From NCBI GenBank assembly GCA_038999215.1, contig JAWABM010000005.1, forward strand, positions 16,498 through 39,044: a stretch of DNA of 22,547 bases. The letters run 5' to 3'. Below are positions 17,628 through 22,547 of this stretch, piece after piece. This DNA is from Candidatus Aenigmatarchaeota archaeon. Lineage in GTDB: Archaea > Aenigmatarchaeota > Aenigmatarchaeia > Aenigmatarchaeales > JACQIB01. Made by a program: the position numbers and the translations under genes. Within the stretch, counting starts at the first letter, position 1. The number at the start of each line of letters is the position of its first letter. The notes beneath the pieces were generated by a model, which was not told the origin of the DNA, did not search any database, and saw nothing but the letters and a program-made list of their open reading frames with translations.

Positions 17628-18379
17628 GCTTTCGAGAGGGCCTGCATCAGCTTTTCCATCCTTTCCACGAAGCGGCCAGTCTTTTCCATCGCTTCCTCTA
17701 TCTCCTTCGGCTCCACGCTCTTCTTTTCCCCGTGCTCTATGCCCTTCATGAGCCTTACCATCTCCTCCGCGTACCTGGCGTACTCGGCCTCAAGCATGCC
17801 TTTCTCGACGAAGTGCGTCCTGAGCTTCTCCGGCAGCTCCTTCGGTATCGGCGGCGTCACGCCTATGAGCAGCAGGGGCGCCTGGCCTGCGTCTATCACC
17901 GCCATGGCCAGCTCGTCTATTATCTTGAACATGAAGAACCTCTCTATCCTCAGGAGCTTGAGCGGCGCCTCCTCCAGGAGCGAGCGCATGGCTTCCTTTG
18001 TGCCAGGTATCCTCCCCTGGGCGAGAAGCTTCTTCATCGGTATGAAGAACCCTGACGGGTCGTAGACAGGCAGGCCCTCCCTTATCTCCGCGAACGTGAC
18101 CGGCGACCCGTGCCTGAGCAGCTCCCAGTAGTCGGTCAGCATGTAGAAGTTGACGTCCATCAGCACGCCTTTCTCCTTCTCCACGCCGGCGGCAATGGCC
18201 GGCGCTTCCAGCTTTATCATCCTGAGCGAGGCCTCGTCCAGGCCGCGCGTGTCGTCCAGGAGCATCAGCAGGGTGTGCTGCTTCCCTTCCTTGATGAGCC
18301 ATATGGCCTTCACTATCTCCTTGTACTTCCCTGTGACCTTCTCAACGAACGATTTTACCGCCTCGATGCTGTCCTTCAT
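17624..18379 (-). CDS. Degenerate nucleotidyltransferase + HEPN-like helical domain protein (251 aa)
   Basis: Paralog of 18376-19455 (VKAIWL, LTDYWELLRHGSP, PVYDPSGFFIPMKKLL..GR) but lacks the GS and DxD motifs. Confidence 0.85.
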   Translation of the reverse strand: MKDSIEAVKSFVEKVTGKYKEIVKAIWLIKEGKQHTLLMLLDDTRGLDEASLRMIKLEAPAIAAGVEKEKGVLMDVNFYMLTDYWELLRHGSPVTFAEIREGLPVYDPSGFFIPMKKLLAQGRIPGTKEAMRSLLEEAPLKLLRIERFFMFKIIDELAMAVIDAGQAPLLLIGVTPPIPKELPEKLRTHFVEKGMLEAEYARYAEEMVRLMKGIEHGEKKSVEPKEIEEAMEKTGRFVERMEKLMQALSKA

Positions 18380-19455
18380 GATTTGACACCCTTGAGCGCA
18401 TGGCTCAGGTTCTTCGCGTAATACACCGATGAATATATGTCCCTTTCCGCGACCTCGTCCAGCTTGCCCTTTTCCATCGCGGTCCTGAGTCCGAATATTT
18501 TCTTAAGCACCTCGAGATATTCTTTGTCTATCATGCCTGTCTTGACAAGGTATTCTTCGACGTATTTTATTAGCTCCTTCTCCTGCGGTTGCTTTCCGAC
18601 CTTCTTGAGCGCGGCCATGCAGGCCTCGACGCTTTCCTTAGTGGCCTCGCTTATCAGCTCCTTCTTCTTGTTCTCCTCCAGCACAGCGAACAGCTTCTCC
18701 ATCCTGTTCAGGAAGGCTTTTGTTCTGTTTATCCACTTCTCTATCTCCCTGCCGGTCGCTTTGGTCATCTGGCCGTGGTCTATCTTCCTCGTGATCTCGA
18801 AGAAATCGTCGTACCATTCAGGATACCCTCCCTCCAGGTACGTTGGCACGAAGTTCTTCCTCAGCTCGCTGCCTATGGAGGGCGCGGCCGGAGGCGCCAC
18901 TCCTGTGAACATCAGGACCGCCTGCGAGCTCTCCACCATGGCCGAAAGCAGGTCCGAGCTTATGTCGTCCAGAAACATCTTCCTGCACTTCTCTATCCTT
19001 ATCGGCGCCCTCTCTATCAGCATCTGGGCCCTTTCCCAGGTCCCGTGCAGCCTGCCGCTCCTCAGCAGGCGCTGTATCGGCTCTATGTAGCCGCTCGGGT
19101 CGTACAGCGGTACAGCGTCCCTCATCGAGGTGAACACCCAGGGCTCGCCCGACCGCAGCATGTCCCACCAGTCGCTCAGCCGCTTGGGCGACTGGAGCGA
19201 GAGCATGAGCTTGGTTCTTTCGCGGACTGCCTTGACTATGTCCTCCATCACGTCCTCCATCTCCTCCAGTTCCGAGCGCCTCACATCCTTGTCAGTGTCG
19301 TCGATGAGGACCATGATGTCGATGTCAGAGGTCTTCTTGAAATCGCCTGTCCTTGCCATGGATCCGAAGAACCAGATTGCCTTTATCCTGCCGTCATATT
19401 CCTTGAGTATCTTGTCCGTGACTTCCTGGAGCGCCCCGAGTATCTCTTCTTTCAT
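18376..19455 (-). CDS. Pol-beta-type (minimal) nucleotidyltransferase + HEPN-like domain protein (359 aa)
   Basis: IWFFGSMARTGDFKKTSDIDIMVLIDD is the hGS...DhD motif, followed by helical-bundle domains. Confidence 0.9.
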   Translation of the reverse strand: MKEEILGALQEVTDKILKEYDGRIKAIWFFGSMARTGDFKKTSDIDIMVLIDDTDKDVRRSELEEMEDVMEDIVKAVRERTKLMLSLQSPKRLSDWWDMLRSGEPWVFTSMRDAVPLYDPSGYIEPIQRLLRSGRLHGTWERAQMLIERAPIRIEKCRKMFLDDISSDLLSAMVESSQAVLMFTGVAPPAAPSIGSELRKNFVPTYLEGGYPEWYDDFFEITRKIDHGQMTKATGREIEKWINRTKAFLNRMEKLFAVLEENKKKELISEATKESVEACMAALKKVGKQPQEKELIKYVEEYLVKTGMIDKEYLEVLKKIFGLRTAMEKGKLDEVAERDIYSSVYYAKNLSHALKGVKS

Positions 19456-19490
19456 ACCAAGAAATAACCTTAGCCGCTATATAAGAATTC

Positions 19491-20021
19491 CTACTCTTTC
19501 TCGAAAATCATCCACATTATGGCCGCCACCACGATGACAAAGAACAGTATGGACATCGTGGGCATTCCGCCGACAGCCACGCTTATTCCCAGAAGGTTCA
19601 GCCCGCCGGCGCCTATGAATATCAGTATTGCCAGTATTATGAAGAAGGCGGCAAAGTGCTTCCCGTACTTGTGCAGCACCTTTACTGGCACCAGCTTTTC
19701 GGATTTCTTGCCCTCCTTTTCTTCCACTACCTTTTCGAACACCGTCACGCCCGCGACCTCAAGGAACACGATGAATACCAGTATTCCCAGCACGACAAGT
19801 ATCAGGCTTTGCGCCATCTTCTCGAGCACGCTTATCAGCGCTGCCGGCGCCGCGAGTATCACGAAGAAAGCCGCGACTATGGATATGATCGCCCTTGAAG
19901 CCTTGTCCTTTGGCACCCCTGCCTGGCTCATTAACCCGTAGAGCGCAGCGAACGAGAGCAGCCAGAGCATTATCTGCGGGAACCCGAGGTTCGTCAGGTA
20001 TGCGGTTATCGGATCTGCCAT
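19491..20021 (-). CDS. Multi-pass membrane protein, paralog 1 of tandem family
   Basis: About 5 hydrophobic segments; LGFPQIMLWLLSFAALYGLM..VPKDKASRAIISIVAAFFV. Confidence 0.88.
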   Translation of the reverse strand: MADPITAYLTNLGFPQIMLWLLSFAALYGLMSQAGVPKDKASRAIISIVAAFFVILAAPAALISVLEKMAQSLILVVLGILVFIVFLEVAGVTVFEKVVEEKEGKKSEKLVPVKVLHKYGKHFAAFFIILAILIFIGAGGLNLLGISVAVGGMPTMSILFFVIVVAAIMWMIFEKE

Positions 20022-20060
20022 GCAATCACTCTATTATTTGCTCACCCTGCTTATATATCT

Positions 20061-20561
20061 TTAACCCTTCGATTCCTTCATCAGCACCCAGATGGCGCCT
20101 ATCATCACCGCTATGAGCAGCACGAACGTTGCCACAGCCTCAGTGATAACTATCCTGGGCAGGCCTATTACCTGCAGCCCGCCCGCGCCTATGAATATCA
20201 CGACGAAGAGGACGAGTATTATGGCTCCGAAGAACTTCGGGTGGGACGCGAATATCGATATCTTCGATTCCCCGACCTTCACGCCCGCTATCTCAAGGAA
20301 TATGACAGTGAGCAGCAGGCCGAACGCTATGATAATAGATGCTGTCACGAGGTTCTCCAGGAACGCCACGGCCGGCCCTGCGGCAGCTGCGAGCAGCACG
20401 AGGAACGCGGCTGTTATCGATATCACGCCCCTTGCTGTCACGGACTTGGGTATGTTCACGTGCTGGAGCAGCCCGTAAACGAGCGCCAGCGTGAGCGCCC
20501 ACAGAAGGACCAGGGCGAACCCCGCCTCCCTCAGCGCCAAAATCACTTCGGTCAGTGCCAT
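20061..20561 (-). CDS. Multi-pass membrane protein, paralog 2
   Basis: AGFALVLLWALTLALVYGLL..IPKSVTARGVISITAAFLV; shares IFLEIAGV and IFIGAGGL with paralog 1; alternative start 20570. Confidence 0.88.
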   Translation of the reverse strand: MALTEVILALREAGFALVLLWALTLALVYGLLQHVNIPKSVTARGVISITAAFLVLLAAAAGPAVAFLENLVTASIIIAFGLLLTVIFLEIAGVKVGESKISIFASHPKFFGAIILVLFVVIFIGAGGLQVIGLPRIVITEAVATFVLLIAVMIGAIWVLMKESKG

Positions 20562-20599
20562 TATAATCACATAATTCTTCGGTTACCCTCAATATATAT

Positions 20600-21091
20600 T
20601 TAACCCTTCTTTCCGCCGCCCTCTCCTCCGCTGCCCATTTTCATGGCGCTCCAGAACAGGGAGACGACGAATATGAAGCCCAGCAGGAAGAGCAGGTTCT
20701 CCCCTCCGCCTATCAGCGGGAACTGCACCGGGAACTCCTGCAGCACCATCCACCCGACCGAGAGCATGACCAACAGCACGCCTGCGTTGACCACCATAGT
20801 CTCGACGTCCCCTCCGTGCTTCCTCACGCCCAGCAGCTGCATGGTGAACGCAAGGAAGAACATGACTATGAAGAACCATGTCACGTTCGGCAGGAAGTTC
20901 CAGAGCGTCGCTATCAGCGGCGGGTAGGTCGAGGCGAAGAAGCCTATCGCCAGGGCGATCACGAGGTGCACCGCCCTGCTCTTGAACACGTTCGAGAGCT
21001 CCAGCACCCCGAATATGACCGCGAATATGAACAGCGACGATATGAGCGTCTGGTTGCCTATGCCCAGCCCGAGTATGTCGGCCGCCATCAC
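20600..21091 (-). CDS. Multi-pass membrane protein, paralog 3
   Basis: LFIFAVIFGVLELSNVFKSRAVHLVIALAIGFFA has the same N-terminal hairpin pattern. Confidence 0.85.
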   Translation of the reverse strand: MMAADILGLGIGNQTLISSLFIFAVIFGVLELSNVFKSRAVHLVIALAIGFFASTYPPLIATLWNFLPNVTWFFIVMFFLAFTMQLLGVRKHGGDVETMVVNAGVLLVMLSVGWMVLQEFPVQFPLIGGGENLLFLLGFIFVVSLFWSAMKMGSGGEGGGKKG

Positions 21092-21657
21092 TCCTCAAGC
21101 TCCTCTATCTTTTCTTCTATCTTTCTCTCGAGCTCCAGATATTTGGCTATGCTTTCGCTGATTGCCTCGGTCTGCGGTTCAGCTTTCAGTTTTGCTATCA
21201 TTTTTCTGACATTTTCCTTCTCCTTCTGCAGCGCCTCAATCTGCTTTTCCTTGCTCACAGAGGCCTTGGTGAGCCTTTTCGCGACCTCGCCCCCGAAGCT
21301 GGCCACGCCGCCGACGAATATCGGCGGTATTACCCTTACCGCTATGAACGTTATGAATGCCAGCGCCAGCCACAGCAGGAAGAAGTTCGATATGAAGGGC
21401 GCCAGGAACGAGCCGTACCATCCGCTCAGCACTATCACCAGATAGCCGGCTATCGATATGAGCATCTGGAACCCTTTGTGGTCCTTCGCCGCCCACATGC
21501 CGAAGGAGAACAGAAAGAGCAGCAGCACTATATGCGGTATAAGTATGAGGTAGAGCAGCTTGTCCGTGAGCGTGGCGTACTTGGCCAGCACATTCGGCGA
21601 GAACCTCAGTATCTGCTCGAATATCAGGTACTGGAGGTTGAACGTCTGCACGACCAT
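21088..21657 (-). CDS. Membrane protein with C-terminal coiled coil (possible distant member of the same family)
   Basis: Three to four hydrophobic segments then a charged heptad tail; TTTAAA 25 bp upstream; ATGA overlap downstream. Confidence 0.85.
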   Translation of the reverse strand: MVVQTFNLQYLIFEQILRFSPNVLAKYATLTDKLLYLILIPHIVLLLFLFSFGMWAAKDHKGFQMLISIAGYLVIVLSGWYGSFLAPFISNFFLLWLALAFITFIAVRVIPPIFVGGVASFGGEVAKRLTKASVSKEKQIEALQKEKENVRKMIAKLKAEPQTEAISESIAKYLELERKIEEKIEELEE

Positions 21658-21687
21658 AGAAATTATACGGGAATTCTAATATTTAAA

Positions 21688-22547
21688 TTACTGCCCGTTC
21701 TGGCGCCTTCTCCTTCTCTCTTCCATTTCCGCCTTCCTTGCGTTGATTTCGCCCATCTTCTCGGCTATCTTCGCTATCTGATGGTTCGACCTTTCCACGA
21801 ACTCATGGCCCCTTTCCTTTACTATGCTGTTCATGGCCTCGGCCACCTTCGGCGTCATTGCGACGACGCTCTTTATCCTCTTCTTTATCCTCTTCTTGCC
21901 CAAGATGCTGCCGCCGTTGTACTCCGGCCTGACGTCCCTGCCGTCCTCCAGGCCGTATTTGCTGACCATCCTTTCGTATTCGCCCTGGTCGGCCACCCCG
22001 ATCAATCCGGCGTCCTGGACAAGCGGCTGCTTCATCTGCCTGCCCTCGTCCCTCTTCGCCTGCTCCTCGAGCCTCCTGCCCGCGTATTCGTCCTTCCTCT
22101 TCTCGAGGGCCTCCTTGCCCTTCTGAGTTATCGGGATGACCGAGTCCCCGCTGAACCTGTAATCTATGTCCTCCGTGAGCTCGTACTTCCTTTCCACGAT
22201 GGCCTTGAACATCCTTGCGTCGCTCAGCCCGAGCGAGCCCAGCCTGTAGCCCTCTATCGGCCTCTTCGCGACCTTCTTCGGCGCCGGCTTCGGCTCCTCG
22301 GCCTCAATCTGCTTGAGCTTCTGCTCGTAGGCCGTTTCTTTGGCTGCAGTTGCAGGCGCTGCATTCAGGCCTCTGATTATCTCGTCCGCTATCTTCTTGT
22401 CCTGCGTCAGCCTCTGCTCCTTGGCCGCGAGGTCCTCCTCGAGCTCCTTGAGCGCGCTGAGCTTTGAATCATAATCCTTTTTGAGCTGGGCCTCCTTAGC
22501 ATTGTAGGCCTGCTCCATGGCCTTCAGCTCCTCCTCTTTCTTCTGCA
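21688..22547 (-). CDS. Coiled-coil hypothetical protein, 5'-truncated by window end
   Basis: Frame stays open upstream of ATG 22518 (QKKEEELKA-MEQ) to the window edge; highly charged. Confidence 0.8.
   Translation of the reverse strand, partial: QKKEEELKAMEQAYNAKEAQLKKDYDSKLSALKELEEDLAAKEQRLTQDKKIADEIIRGLNAAPATAAKETAYEQKLKQIEAEEPKPAPKKVAKRPIEGYRLGSLGLSDARMFKAIVERKYELTEDIDYRFSGDSVIPITQKGKEALEKRKDEYAGRRLEEQAKRDEGRQMKQPLVQDAGLIGVADQGEYERMVSKYGLEDGRDVRPEYNGGSILGKKRIKKRIKSVVAMTPKVAEAMNSIVKERGHEFVERSNHQIAKIAEKMGEINARKAEMEERRRRRQNGQ

Overview
Archaeal genomic window, most consistent with a DPANN lineage; the taxonomy is inferred from the divergent 16S and the gene style, not from a search. It opens inside a 5'-incomplete 16S rRNA gene with two insertions. 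One is a 45-nt hairpin intron with a canonical bulge-helix-bulge motif at the E. coli ~722 position. The other, at the window start, is the AT-rich tail of an apparent LAGLIDADG homing-endonuclease ORF that reads into the rRNA exon at helix 8. No 23S gene follows: the 16S is followed by an antisense wHTH gene, tRNA-Ala(UGC), a small Cys-rich ORF and alba. Next is a ~13.3-kb minus-strand type IV pilus-like locus with a secretion ATPase, a T2SS-F/TadC-type platform protein and 17 consecutive pilin-like genes. These include two large Cys-rich adhesin candidates and seven micro-ORFs of 30-62 aa, four of them absent from the ORF track. Divergent from it lie two coiled-coil genes and a probable ubiquitin-like (beta-grasp) protein. 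The window ends with a tandem active/degenerate nucleotidyltransferase-HEPN-like pair, four related membrane proteins and a partial coiled-coil gene.
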